Part shown: positions 36,933 through 50,100 of the stretch, piece after piece
Position numbering within the stretch: the first letter of the stretch is position 1
Layout: each line of letters begins with the position of its first letter
Source: Pocillopora damicornis
Taxonomy: Eukaryota
Length of the DNA: 64,000 nt
Direction of reading: 5' to 3'
NCBI RefSeq assembly: GCF_003704095.1
Contig: NW_020846834.1
Span: 62,001 to 126,000, forward strand
Notes under the pieces: model-generated
Database searches by the model: none
What the model saw: the letters and a program-made list of their open reading frames with translations, nothing else
What the model was told of the DNA's origin: nothing
Position numbers and translations under genes: made by a program

Positions 36933-39900
36933 CCGTCCTTGTTACGTTTGAGATTGTAATTACTCAATTATTGCTCTTTCTTCATCTCGCTTTTTCCCCT
37001 TTCCTCCCAACAATTCAAGAGATGGAGCGACGACTTCCCAGGCCAATTTAACAGTGTTCCCTTGTTCTCCCCAATTATCAGTCTGTGAACGAACCGTCAG
37101 AGCCCAATTAGACTTGCGTCACCGTTAAATACGATCGCACAATATAGACTTAGGTCTTACGGTCGTCTGGCAAAGGTTATGGTGTTGAATTTTGCACGGC
37201 TTTACGATTACTTTTTTTCCTTTCCGGCGCTCCTGAATCCTTTTAGTTACCACTGATAATCACTTGTTTGATCATTCTACTGCATAAAAATAGCAACGTA
37301 GCACTCAAGTGGGAGTATTTTTCCTCTTATTACAATACTGCTGTTCTTAGTCTCAGCAGTAATCAAAGTTCTTAGCCGCTTAGTTCACACTCAAATCACA
37401 AAATATCTCGCAAAGTATCGGCAAATTTGCTCTTTCTTTTTTTTTCTTCTTTCACTCTCTTTTTCCTTTGCGATTTTGTTTTTGTCTGTTGGTCCTAATG
37501 TGATTCCCTCACGCCCAACTGAAAAGCTTTCCTATCCAGGGAAATTCAATTATGAACTGTTTTTTTTTATGTTTGTAATTGATTTATTATGTATACAGTT
37601 TTGCGGGCTGTTTCTGTTGATAGTATCGTCATTTATTGGCTAATGGAATTACACTCGCCAAGTAAAGGCGTCTATCAGTTTGTCTGTCTGCAGTATATCG
37701 AGTGTCCCACGCAGCCTTCATTTTTACGCGCGAAGTTTCCTTACTCGCTTTACTCGGGTTGTGTCTGATCAATTGCCACAGCTGCCTTTTTACTGCTAAT
37801 ATCGCTAAGCTTCATCAAATGATCACTTCTCGCCGTTCTTAGTTGAAAACTAGCTTAGGCAGTATTCACTTTCTATTGCAAAACTGCTCACGTTCTAGTA
37901 CACTCGTTGCGTGTTTAAATGTCGAAATGCGTTTAATGGATCGTTAATCCTGTTAATCACCAATTACGGTTCGGGTGATGGTTACGGCAGCCCTATGGCC
38001 TGTCCACAATAGCTGTTACAATGCCTCTTAACGGCCTTGTTAAATTCATAAATGAGCCAGAACGACCCGTGTGGTTAAAAATGTTCCCTAGTGAGAAGTT
38101 CGAGACTCGTCTAAGTTATTCTTTTGGTGTGTACCACGCACGTCTTCGCTGAAACGGAACAAAGTTGATCGGACGCGTTCCACGTACGCGCAAAGCGCTC
38201 ATCTACCCACGTTTTATTTTATCGGTGTGTCGGATTTACAAAGGTGTTGAAAAATCTAGTATGTGACAAAATTAATTCGCGCCTCCACTTGGTTTAAACC
38301 ATGAAATTTTTGAAATTACATGATTGTATTGCTCAATTTTCGTGGGAGGTCATATAATATAGAAGCAAATACGAGTTAAGATGGTAGGAATTTGAGTGGG
38401 CCGGCTTATCGGGTGCAAACGGGAATGTGTAAAAATTTTCCACAGAAACTTTTACGAGATAAGGTAAATTAGAGGAAGTGATTATGTTTGCTTTTCAAGC
38501 ACGTGGCTGAGGTTTCAACTGTAAAAGGCGGTGATTTTTCATACTGCATTTATTGCTTCTAAGTGCGCAATTAAGCTTTTCTTTTTCCAGTTTTTTCTAC
38601 GATATACTTAGCAACTGATTATCTCAAATAATAGAATGCATTACTGAGTCAATCTCAATTACAACTTCCTTGGTTACTGGAATAGCGTTTTGGCACGTCT
38701 TCTTGTTAGGGACCATCATATTGCTCACACAGTTTACAATTGTCGCATCAGTTGACGTAAAACGCAAAACCAACACGGAATCTTTCAAGTTAAAACGCTT
38801 GGTATTTAGGTGGCGTTTGAGAAACGTGGGTTTTGACATGCAAACAATGGCATCATACAACGGAGCAGAGCCAACTGCATTTAAAGATTTCATTTGATTT
38901 TCGCCATTCTTGACGTCACATTGTGGTGTTTCAGCGCAACAGTACAATTTAGATGGCCTGAGGGTAAAAGCCAAACATTTCCGCTCCTTAAAATGACACA
39001 GATTTCGTGACTTCATCCCCTTTTGCGTTTTCCTATGTCGTTTACTTCGGCTACAAAAAACACTGGTATTTTGGAGAACGTGAGAGGAACAAGTCTCCTA
39101 TTTTAGTCATTGGTCTCTCAGTCTTTTGATAAAGAAGTGGTTTGATATTGAGATGATATTGAGGAAGAAACCACGTCATGGTTTCGTGATTTGGTTTGCG
39201 TCATTTTTGCGTTTTGGGTGAAAGGAGATCATGATATTTACTTTTTACATTATCACGATTTTCACAGTTTCATAATATTTGTTATAACAATTTAAAAATT
39301 ATCTTTGGCGCAGATATATCCCAAAGGCCTTGCTGCTTACTTAGACAAGGCTGATTAACTTAACTTCCCTTGGATGAATTTACTGATATGCATATCTCTT
39401 AGTCACTGCCGCGCATTCTCCGTAATCAGGAAAAATTAACTTCAGAAAACGGTAGTGAGGTAATCCGCTCAGATGTAAAACCCATACCCGACATCTTATC
39501 GAAATGCTTTTGTGGTGGAAATTTGCTCACGTCCTGCACGACATTTTTAGCTAAAACTCAGTCGATTAGTGTTAAATGATTAACTTTCGCTACAAGCTGC
39601 ACTGGAGAAATCCAAAAGCGGCATCCCTTAGACTATGCTTGTAATCTCTCTTTGTTGGGGCAGAACTGACGCACGAACCCTCGTATACTGCTTTGATATA
39701 GGCCTCTTTGGCTTTTCACTAATTATTTCCCTTCTAAATCTAGTTGAATTTAATCCGATTAAACCAACAGCGAGGGCCAACCTTTACGTCGGGTACAAGT
39801 AAGGGAATTAGACTGTTATCAACAAAGAACGGGTTTTATGACCCTTTGTCACGGCATTGAGGAATCAGTGACAACTTCGACCTTCTTCTTAATTTTTTAG

Positions 39901-42900
39901 TCTAATCGATGTAACCATGGCTTCCGTAAAGCGGGGTGTGGAATGAGGGATAGAAATTGTAAATTCTTAGCTTTATTTTCTTTTTTCGTCCGTTACAGTA
40001 ACTAGGAGCCCCTTATCTATGAAAGCGATCGCTGACTGCTTGCGGTTTCTATCGAGTTCAGATCTTTTTGTAACCGAATTTGTGTTTTAAGATGTAGAGA
40101 AGAAAAGGAAGTTCTCCAAACTCCAACCAAGCAGAAGTAGTAAAAGATAAACAGGCTGAAAAAACATTTCGTAATTTCGACTTTGACTCTCGTGTCCCCA
40201 CTCCTCCCCTCATGACCGCCATACTTAGAGAAGTCATGTAAAGGAAACGTTTGATTTGGATTGTCGGTAAGCTCTTAAAGCCATCTTTCAGCGACTGAAA
40301 CTCAAAAGTTCGTCGCTGAAATCTTCATCACTTCATCACTAACCGATTTACTCGTCATCTGTGTCGGTGAAGTTAATTTTTCTTTGCTGTTTGCAGTATC
40401 TACTCATTGATCATTTTCGTAATTCTCGCCACATGTGTTTTTGTTCTTCGCAGTGAAGTAGAAGATGTCAGGGGGAAGGCACAGATTACTTGGGATTGGG
40501 TCAAGTTTTTCGCATGTTTTCTTGAAATGCGTAACGAACACGCCATATAGAAAGAACAGACATTTCTTGACGAGCAATAGTAGCCTTTTCAGTTACAGTG
40601 TAATTGTACAGCAATGCTGTAACACCGCTATCTTCAAACGGATGTAGTTGTTACGGTGACTTGTTTCCGCTGGGTAATCCCACTCGTCTTTGCGGTGAAC
40701 TTTCCTTTCTGAACGTGATCAACTTGAGATCACTTCAAGTTTGAGGTAAATGCTACACTGGGGATGTTTGTCTTAGTAACGCTAAGCTAACACTCACGGT
40801 GCATTGATTTACACACGAGTGACGCACGAATGTTTTATTTTTGAAAAAGAATTCTTCAACAGAAAAAAATTTTCCGGATTATTCTCAGACCGCAATAGCC
40901 ATATTCCCACGTAAATATTTCGAATATGAACGTCTCTTTTTTGTGTTAACATCCAATTGCTTTCAAGATGGATAAGATTTATTCACGAGCAAAATTTCTA
41001 GAAATTCATTTTATTATAACTCCAGTTTAGCTTGGCGTTCATTGTACTCCCTTTCCCAAAAAGCTTTTTGAAAACACAGATGTTGAACCTCACATTTTCT
41101 GCCTTCATGGGCATGCATGCATCCTTCGAATCTCACGTCCCCTTGTAACTAGGTTAAGTTAAAGGAACAAAATCTGGCGTGCGAGACATGCTTAAAAAGC
41201 TGTTTCAACATAAACAAGAGGGTTTTGATTAGAAAGCTCGAAGACAGCTTTCGAGTGTTGTTACCTTTTTGTGTCTTTTTTGAAAAGAGAAGGATGTGTT
41301 CATTCAACCATTAAACCCAAACAAATCATTAAATGGGCATACAGGATGAGTTCAAGTCCGCTTTAACGACCTCTGTCCCTCACGTTTTGTTTCATTGAGC
41401 TATTTAGAGCGAAGGCATTGTTATTCGTTCACAAATTACTCTGAGGCACATTTTATAAATAGAAAACTTGGATGGAGTTCAAATTGATTGTATATTCAAT
41501 CGGGAACGTTTATTAGTTTCCATGCAGATGTTTCCTCAAAAGGAATTGGACAACTGTTCTCCCTTTTCCCTGTCCAGTTTATATTTTCCTCAAAAAACAA
41601 GTTGGAAAATGTACGGCACCTCAATAACAAAAAGGAGAATCTGTACGCTTCTTTCAGAAGTCTTATCCCACGAAGTCAATATTTGAAAGGTTTTATTTAT
41701 TCGATAGTGCAGAATCATGTTTCCGCATTCCCCCCTTATTTCTTGAACCAAAGTCCTTTTACGGCGGAAACCGCTAAATCATTCTGTAAATTAGATAGGA
41801 AAGAATTTCAAAGCTAAGGAATCTCGCTTATCACGAATTGTCAAAACAAGCAAACGGCGTATGCCTGTGAGCACGTCGTTGACTTAGAACGAATTTTGGT
41901 TAGCATTTGAAAGGAGAAACCAGCTTACACTACGACGGTTCGGATAACCGAACGAAATAAGCGTTTCTGTATACAACCCTAATTAAATAAAGAGGGTTCA
42001 GTTTAGTTGGGCTTTGTAAAAAGCTTAGACAAGAATAACGAACCAAAATATTTTTTGATAGCGTTGTTTCTGGTAATAGAGATAGGAAGTATGATTACTG
42101 TAAGCCCTCAGGCGTTTTGTGTCGGTTGATCAGTGATAGGAAATTTATTTACTGAAAAAACACTGATATAGGTTCACAGAAACATCTAGTAACGTTTTCA
42201 ACAAACTCGAAAATTGTAGAATACTCAGAGATTTTTTCCTTCCCTTCAGCTGCTAACCTTTGTACCATCGTCTTCTGGTGATAGATTAACGGAAACTGGA
42301 AAGGTTACTGATGTTTGGACAAGAAAAGTTAACCCATCGTTTAAAGTTTGTTTGTACAGCTTCCTGCATTATCCCTTTTAGAAAAAACCGTGGTGGTTCT
42401 TTTTTTTTTTTTCCCAGCCGAATACTGTCGTTATTAAAATGATCTTAACTACTTAGTTTTCAATTCTTCTTTAACGACCGTGGGCTAAGCCTTTAGTCAT
42501 TAGATCGATATTTCAATCGAAAACATTTACGGTGTTCACAGCTTTCTAAAGTTTACTTTAAGCTATAGGAAAACGTTAAATTGATGCACCGTAATTGTGT
42601 TAAATTTTTGGTGTGTGTTATGTGGTATGGTAGGTACAGGTATATTAAATATTTTGGGCGTTTTTGACGCGATTTTCTCGGACATGGATGATACAATTAG
42701 CCCCAGAAGGACCTGGAGCCGAGGTAGTCTTTTAAAACAGATGAATCCCCTAGTTTGTTATTTTGGTTGAAATACTTTCTATTTCCGATCCACGATTTCC
42801 TTGATTATTTTCAGCGATTCGATGATTTTTTTTTTACTTTTCATTGCATCAGTCTTTTTTGTTCTTAATCTCGTTGCGTGAACAGGATCTGAGACCATTT

Positions 42901-45149
42901 CAGTTCAGAAAGGAAACGTTTTGTTGCCAGCGCAATATTTCAGGATATTTGGAGTTGCTATTTCCTTTCATTTTCAATTTGGTTTCTTGTTTTAATCCTA
43001 TGAGCCAAAGAAACTCCTTTTTCATAATGAAAAGGAAACACATTTTTTTTTATGGAAAGCAATATCTCGGTTTCGACCTGACCTGTTTTGTTGTTTAATG
43101 TGTTCGGTTAATGTGCCAAAAGTCTTTTTCACAGTAAGGTTTTATAAGAAGGTATTGTTTTTCTTGCATGGAAAGGCAATACTTCCTTTCATTTAAATGA
43201 TTATTCAACACATTTTCTTGATCTGTTTTGCCACTGTAGATTTGTGTAACACTCCTCAGTATGGGAGTTATGTAAGCAATTCGCTCCCAGAGGGTCAGAA
43301 ATGATTTCCGGTAAATTTGTAAGATAAATGTCCCTCACTTGAGTGAATTTAAACTTGTGCGATCATATTTGGCTGTAAGCTTGGGCAAAGCTATTCCTTG
43401 AGCAATGTAGCTGTGAAATCCATTCAGCTACAAAATGGGGGCTCTAGTAAAATAGCATATTAGAATTAAAGACTCCTTTGCGAAACGACAATTTTTCAAC
43501 GTACAGAACTGCGAGGTGAGCTTCAGGTTTTTCTTTGTGTGTTGAATCCAGTACAGGGAGATCATGATCCTTTTGTGTACTCAAAGCAATACTTGAAACT
43601 TGTTTCGGCGGCGTTTTTGTTCTAAATTCGAGAAAGGTACGTCACCAAATGAGTTTTGGTGGTTTGGAGACAAAAGAAAGAAATCAGCTCCAAAATGGAA
43701 TACTTCAAGTGCTAACTCACTGATTACTGATTGCTAAAACAACACCGAACATCCTTTTTTATTACACTGTTTTCAAATGATAACAGCTTGATGAATTGAC
43801 TAGAAGTTATTTTAATGCAAATTCTTTGTTTGGTTTGGACCGTTGGTTGTTTGGATTGTTTAGATCCCAATTTCGAATTTGTTAACCGACGTGTAATAAA
43901 TACTCTCATGACTACTGATTGTTTTCTGTTCTCTGGTTTTGCGTCAAGAGAAGCGTATTTGAAGTTATTTTCCAGTGTAATTCAAAGGTTTTCTTTTAAA
44001 CCATGAGACAATAAGGGTAGTCTTGTAGATGATAATAATAGGGATCAACATGCAAATTCTCTCCACAATATCAATATCTTTGCAGGGTAACAGGTGTCGA
44101 GAAGTCAGAACCGTGATCTTTATGCATAGTACGACACATAAACACTGAATTCTGTGTACTACCCTCGTTGAGCAAAAATTACAATCAAATTATGTTTTCG
44201 AGTTCAACAAAAAACTGAGGTCGTTGATATGAACAAAGCCGCTTTATTGGAAGAAAAATCATTACCCAATTTACCAATTGTAAATCGGTCTCAATACGTC
44301 ATTTGCAATATTGGGTCTTGCAAAACAATACCTAATAGTTGGCGCACGAAATATTGTCTACCTGAATACTCAACATTCGCTTTCTTTCAATTCATGCGTA
44401 ATTTTCTTAGTTAGAGGTTGTCGTAAACCTTCACTTAGTCAGTTCAACTAACATACTTTTTGCAAGTGTACAACAGTGATGTCTGACTTTGATACGAACT
44501 ATATGTCCGGAGTGGCAGCCATCGTGGCGCCAGTATTATGCCATATCCTGCGATTTTTGACTGTCAATTTTCAACCAAAAACCACCAAGTGGAAAATTGC
44601 AGCCGCTGAAGTTGTGTCTGCTGATCGACAGGAAGCGATCTGGTTGAATTGTGGCTGTTCTCGAAAAGCCTTTAATGCAAATTTCAAGCTTCTTTTGATT
44701 TTCAACTGACAACTTGTTCTTTGATGGCTTTCGCAACATTAAAACATATCAACCGTAATCTAAACAATTATGAAGTACCCTGTCACGAGTAACCATCTCA
44801 TTTCGAGTATATGGACAAAGTTCATTTGACGTGACATTTGGTCGGAGACCCCGAGGAAAGAAAATTAAATTAACGCCGAAAATCGAGACGATGGTTAAAT
44901 GAAACGAAAACATAAACAAATTTTAAAGGTTGATTGATTAAGTCGTGGGCAGTCATCGGAAGGAAAATAGCAAAGAAAACATCTAAATGTTGTCTTTTGT
45001 TAGACCACTAGTTAATTTGGAGCCGTTTCCCGTTCTATTGATTCACCTACACCAAATTGGACGCGATTGAGAGCGCGAGTTCGTGTCGATGGAAAACAAA
45101 TCTCGTCCTCCCTAGAGGGTGATCAAGTTGATTTGCGGTTCGTGACAAA

Positions 45150-45240
45150 GCCGACCAATGAGAGATAATACCGCGCACAAGAAGCGCTAAGGCCTCTTGT
45201 CATTTGTCATCAGTGACTGGGTGTGGACTTCCGTTTTGAG
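45150..45240 (+). promoter_or_regulatory. candidate Sprouty core promoter (CCAAT, KLF/Sp GGGTGTGG, ETS ACTTCCG)
   Basis: CCAAT at 45155, GGGTGTGG at 45219 and ACTTCCG at 45227, upstream of a GTAAGT donor at 45479. Confidence 0.4.
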
Positions 45241-45478
45241 TGGGTTTCTTTTGTGTCGTGTTTATGTAGGGCACCATTTGCATTTTAATCTTTCGCAACG
45301 GGAAATTAAACTTGAGGCTCTAAAGCTTTTGTTTTGGCTCCCATCTTTTCAAGAACGTAACTCGTTAACGGGTGTACTTGCGTTTAGATTGAACTTTTTT
45401 CTCGCACTTAAGAGGCGATTAACTTGATCAAACGCAGTGGCCAAGTTCTCGGTGTGAAAGGGAAAACCCACTGCCTAC

Positions 45479-45960
45479 GTAAGTCGGTGATCGTTCACTC
45501 ATAGAACCGGAACTAAGTCCCGCCATAGCATACCATCATTTCCGTTAAACAAGTTTATCACTTGAGGGATTTTAAAGCTTGAATTACAATAGAGAATAAT
45601 CGACCTCGGCTAAATATAAATTACTCAAAACAACGGACTACAAAGGAGTGAGAAGGAAAGTGTTTGGCTTGTGAAACAGGCATTTTTTTTCTTATCGAAG
45701 TGCTGCGGCAAGATAATTTACTTCGCTGCGCACGTTCGACTGGCGGGTTAATTGAATCTTTAGAGCTGTAGAAAGAATAGCCAGGATTACACGACAAATT
45801 TATTCTCAACTCGTCGAGTGTCCTTATAACGCTGAGAGAGAATATTCATGCGCTGGATGAAGTCTTGATCGCTCATTGTCTGCCAAAGCATTAGCACTGC
45901 CGGGGAGTTTTCTGCGCCCGACGGTTTGATAGGAAATTCGCGGGAACTCTTTTCTGGCAG
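45479..45960 (+). other. putative 5' UTR intron of Sprouty
   Basis: Donor TAC|GTAAGT and acceptor CTCTTTTCTGGCAG|. Matches the noncoding-exon plus single-coding-exon layout of vertebrate Sprouty genes. Confidence 0.5.
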
Positions 45961-46189
45961 ATTTGATAAAAGGAAACATTAAATTTACCAAGCTGATAAT
46001 CGGAAGTGCCACGCAAGCTAAGAAAGGCCAGCCCATTATAATACAGTCACGACGTAGGTCGCCTTCAGTTTGAATACAGTGACAACACTGAACGGTCGTC
46101 GGTGGACAGCGAGCGAAGACTCGTAGCTGAACATCGCTTAATGGCAAAGGACAACTGATCACAGAAAGGCTCACGACTCTTTGAACTCG

Positions 46190-47116
46190 ATGAAACACGA
46201 AGGATTAAGCAAGATGATGATGCACGGTACAACAGAACGAAATAATTTCACCCTGGTCGAAAACAAATTGCCTGGTTTAACTACGAACTTTTCTTCAGCC
46301 GGCATACCCGAAGAGAGTGATGCGGATGATTACTACCCATTTGTGATTGGACACGGGTCGAGTTTTAAAGTCGTCGACCCCAAAGTGTACAAACATCTGC
46401 GTCGACATAATATTCAGCAAAGGGTACCTGTTAAAGTAGCAGACTACGGGAATAAACCGACAGTCGGGAGTCGGAGAACACGCGCTACAACGAACACTAA
46501 GTTATCGAGTAGTTCGGACGATGCGGACGAATACTGTGAACTTTCACCGCTTGCGAAAGCGCCCCCCATACCGTTATCTACTCTCCGGTCTCAGCCCGTG
46601 GAATTAAAACCCAAGAATAATCTCATGAAAGTGTCCAGTTTCGAGCGGAGACTTTACACAGATTGTTATTATTCAAAGACTAAATCGTGTCTGGTCGAGA
46701 GCCAGCCGAGCTCTCCTAAATCACGACCTACTACGCGACTTGTGGACACTAGCTCATTGAAAAGCGAGCGCAGGGAGAACTCTTCACAATGGGCAAAAGA
46801 AAAGCAGGAGCCCCTCTTGTGTGGTGTGGAAGCAGACGAGATCATAGACTATGCCACTTGTATGTGTTGTGTTAAAGGTGTCTTTTACCACTGCACCAAA
46901 GATAGTTATGATGAAGGACAACTTGCCGATGAACCGTGTTCGTGCGCGGGGCCCGTCAGCTCGTGCGCGCCTCGCTGGGGTTGTCTTGCTATTTTATCAC
47001 TCTTCATTCCCTGCCTATGGTGTTACTTACCCGCTGTGGGCTGCAAAAAAGCCGCCACGAGCGTCAAGAAGAAGAAAAAACCCCAGAAACGCTTTAAACA
47101 ATTTAACTATTCGTAG
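46190..47116 (+). CDS. SPRY: Sprouty-family RTK/MAPK signalling antagonist (308 aa, single coding exon)
   Basis: C-terminal Sprouty domain IIDYATCMCCVKGVFYHC...ADEPCSC...RW..LAILSLFIPCLWCYLPAVGC. DEYCE resembles the NEYTE Cbl-binding motif and LRSQPVELKP resembles Spry2 IRVQPKSELKP. No EVH1 domain, so not Spred. Confidence 0.93.
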   Translation: MKHEGLSKMMMHGTTERNNFTLVENKLPGLTTNFSSAGIPEESDADDYYPFVIGHGSSFKVVDPKVYKHLRRHNIQQRVPVKVADYGNKPTVGSRRTRATTNTKLSSSSDDADEYCELSPLAKAPPIPLSTLRSQPVELKPKNNLMKVSSFERRLYTDCYYSKTKSCLVESQPSSPKSRPTTRLVDTSSLKSERRENSSQWAKEKQEPLLCGVEADEIIDYATCMCCVKGVFYHCTKDSYDEGQLADEPCSCAGPVSSCAPRWGCLAILSLFIPCLWCYLPAVGCKKAATSVKKKKKPQKRFKQFNYS

Positions 47117-50100
47117 ATGAGGATCCCTTAGAGCAGAACATTTTGACTTCATAAGTCAGACTATTGAGGTAATTTTCGTAAAATATACCGCCGTATTTTA
47201 CGTGCGCTTTTATATGAGTTGAAATCGAATATTTTATTTACCGGGTGGTGAATGATTTGTTAGAAGTTTCAAACAGATTTTCGTTCGCATGGCTGTACTC
47301 TTTTACTGCGATTTGGTGTCTATTAGCGCGCGGGGAACTGTTATCTATACTTCTATTAACTCAAATGATGACAGCGTCTGTGTTTCATGTCATTCTGTTT
47401 ATCGAAAGTTATAAAATGAAATCAGACTTTGAAGATCTTTAAGGGATGACTGATGGATTAAGAAATTTCCTACTGGTTCGATTTCAGGCTATCAAATGTT
47501 TCTGTTTTCCCAAGGGCTTTTTCACTCGCTAATCTATTTTGTCTGTTTTGAAAAATTTGTTTGATGTCTTTTGACGGACTCACTTTCACTCGACTTAAAA
47601 TACACACAGTATTATAATATGCGAATATGCAGCAATGTAAAAAGGAAAATGTTTAGTTAAATTATGACGCGCAGAAAAAAAAAATTATAATTTATGAAGT
47701 TATTAATCTCTGTATTTAAGTTTTCTCCTGTTTGACTTTTGTATGTAAAATTGCTCCTTCTCTGAAGACTTGTTACTTCAAGGTTAAGATATGCGGAACA
47801 CTCAGAGAAGAATGGAATAAATCTGGGTGGTTCAGGATATGTTTTGTGCCTGGTAATTTCTTGTTCGTAAGTTTTCAGCATTCCTTCATTAGTTAACTAC
47901 CTCGTTCCTTCCGTTAGGTTAGTTAGAACCCGCCTCCCAAGTTGTGATAAATGTATTTCAGTTTTTGTCTCAACACTTAACCCAAACTATTAGATCATTT
48001 TGAAAAGCGCGCAATCCTTTGCTCTATTTAATGCAATCGTGGCTAGGTATCTAAAAGCGTTGGCGATGTTTCTATGACATAATTTAATCTAAGCAAATGA
48101 GTTGGCCACAAATGTTTCTTTCCTTGTGATAACAAAAGAAACCTTAGCATGTGACGTGCTGATACTCTGTTATCGCGCTTTCAGTCGGAAACGGAAGTGG
48201 GAGGCGTCTAATTTCGATACTCGATGTTTCTTCACAGCGCTCAGTGGTCAGTGGGCTTCCGCTGGCTCTCTAAACGTCTTTTCGTCCAAAATAGATCGAA
48301 AGAGAGCGATATTTGCCCGTTTTAACCTTTATCTGGAGCATTTGTATTATTACTGTGAGCATGAATCATTTATATGTAATATCAACTTTCGGATCCTTTC
48401 GTTAAGTTGTTGAATAGTTTTACGCTGTCCTGAACCTTTTGTTGCGCGCAATTTTGATAGCAGCACGAGTTCCGTCTTTTGACAATTGGATATCAAAACG
48501 AGATGGATAATCCTTAGTTTCTGTGGAGGATTTTAGCCTCTCGCGCCGCGATAATTGAAAAAAATCGTCGGATTGAAATATTGTTCGTCAAATGCGATAA
48601 GTATGGTCAACGAGGAAAGTATAGTGTAAAAGTTTTCATTTTCTCGTCTTTTCAAAATTTAGTCGTTCAAGTTGTCAAGCACAGGCACCACTTGTTTCTT
48701 CACTTGGGTTGACTTCAATTAATGGCGTAAATGGAGAAATTTTAGTTGCGTGCCTCAGTTAGCTGAAGATGATCTGACGGAAATAGGCTAGTAACCTTCT
48801 GATCAAGGCTTAAAAAAGAACTTGAGTCGTTGAATAGGCTCAAGTTGTTGTTATTTTCTTTATCGGAGAAAAGCGTTTACTTCTATCACAATATCGAGTT
48901 TATCGCCATGCTTTTATTTTTGTTTACGTCAACAAGACTCTATATCGTGAATCATTTATTTTACATTGTGTACACTTGCACCTCGTGTGCAGCTTGCAAG
49001 TTTAATGAGAGTTCAATTTTGACATGATGCTTTAAGCTTTTATTAAGATTACCATCTTGAACTCTCTCGTATAACTACCACGCATTTAATGATCGACACA
49101 TTTCGGTAGGGAAGGTGCAGATTATTCAGGTGGTTACGCTAGTTCAGCCATAGAGCCTGGCTGAGAATTTCTCATCGTATCGAGCCGCATTACAATGGAG
49201 TAGAAATCAAGTGTTTAACCCTGACATCGCGAACTGGCTAATGCAGCCATGATAATTTTGGGCCCGCAGCTTCGAGCCATGAGAAACGCTTTAACCACAT
49301 AATTTCAAAATCCAAGGGGCATCTTTTACTAAATACTTACAAATCATTTGAAAACTTTGTTGGCATGTAAATGATGTGTGGGTTGCTTCTCCACGCACTG
49401 CTTTTAACAATTCTTCTCTGGTTCCGCTATGGTTTCTGACGCCCCATTCTCACTAAATAGTAGAGGGCGTCATAAGACTCCATAACAAAGGCGTGAAAAG
49501 GCTTAATTTTATTAAAGTAATAAGTATTACTTAGTGCTACAAAACATCAAGCCAAGCTTTTCACGCATTGAATGACAGATTGGTATCATAGAAATGTCGA
49601 GCACTTCGATTATTATGTGATGTCTGTAGACGTACTCAATCAGTTCAGTGCCATGGGTGTTTTTTGATTAGAATGAAAATAAACATACTACTCGTTGCTC
49701 AATTTACTCTATTTATCGTGAAGCTTTATAAAAGTCGAACCTCAAAGTTCCTCCCATCTTGAATAATGTTTATGTATCGCCAGACCTCTTCCCGCTTTGA
49801 AGCGAAATCGGTAACCACCACGATCTTATTCATCTTTCCCACGACTATCATAACTGTTTTGAAAGTTTTTAGCCATGCTTTGTATAGCTTAAGTGACTCT
49901 ATCAGAGTTGCAATTTCTTATAATATTGAAGTGAATGTGACATTGAGCTGCCTAAACGAATTCTTTCAATATTTTTCCCTCTACGGTACCGAAATAAACA
50001 ATTTGTAACAATGTGTTAAAGTATGAGGCCAGTCATCGCCAATGATAATCAGATAGGATCTTATAAATTAGCAGGTTGTCCTCGAAATGTATCATCTTTT

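Noticed and set aside
45824-46198. 124-aa minus-strand ORF upstream of Sprouty
   Set aside because: No recognisable features; lies in relatively GC-rich UTR/intron sequence where chance ORFs are expected.
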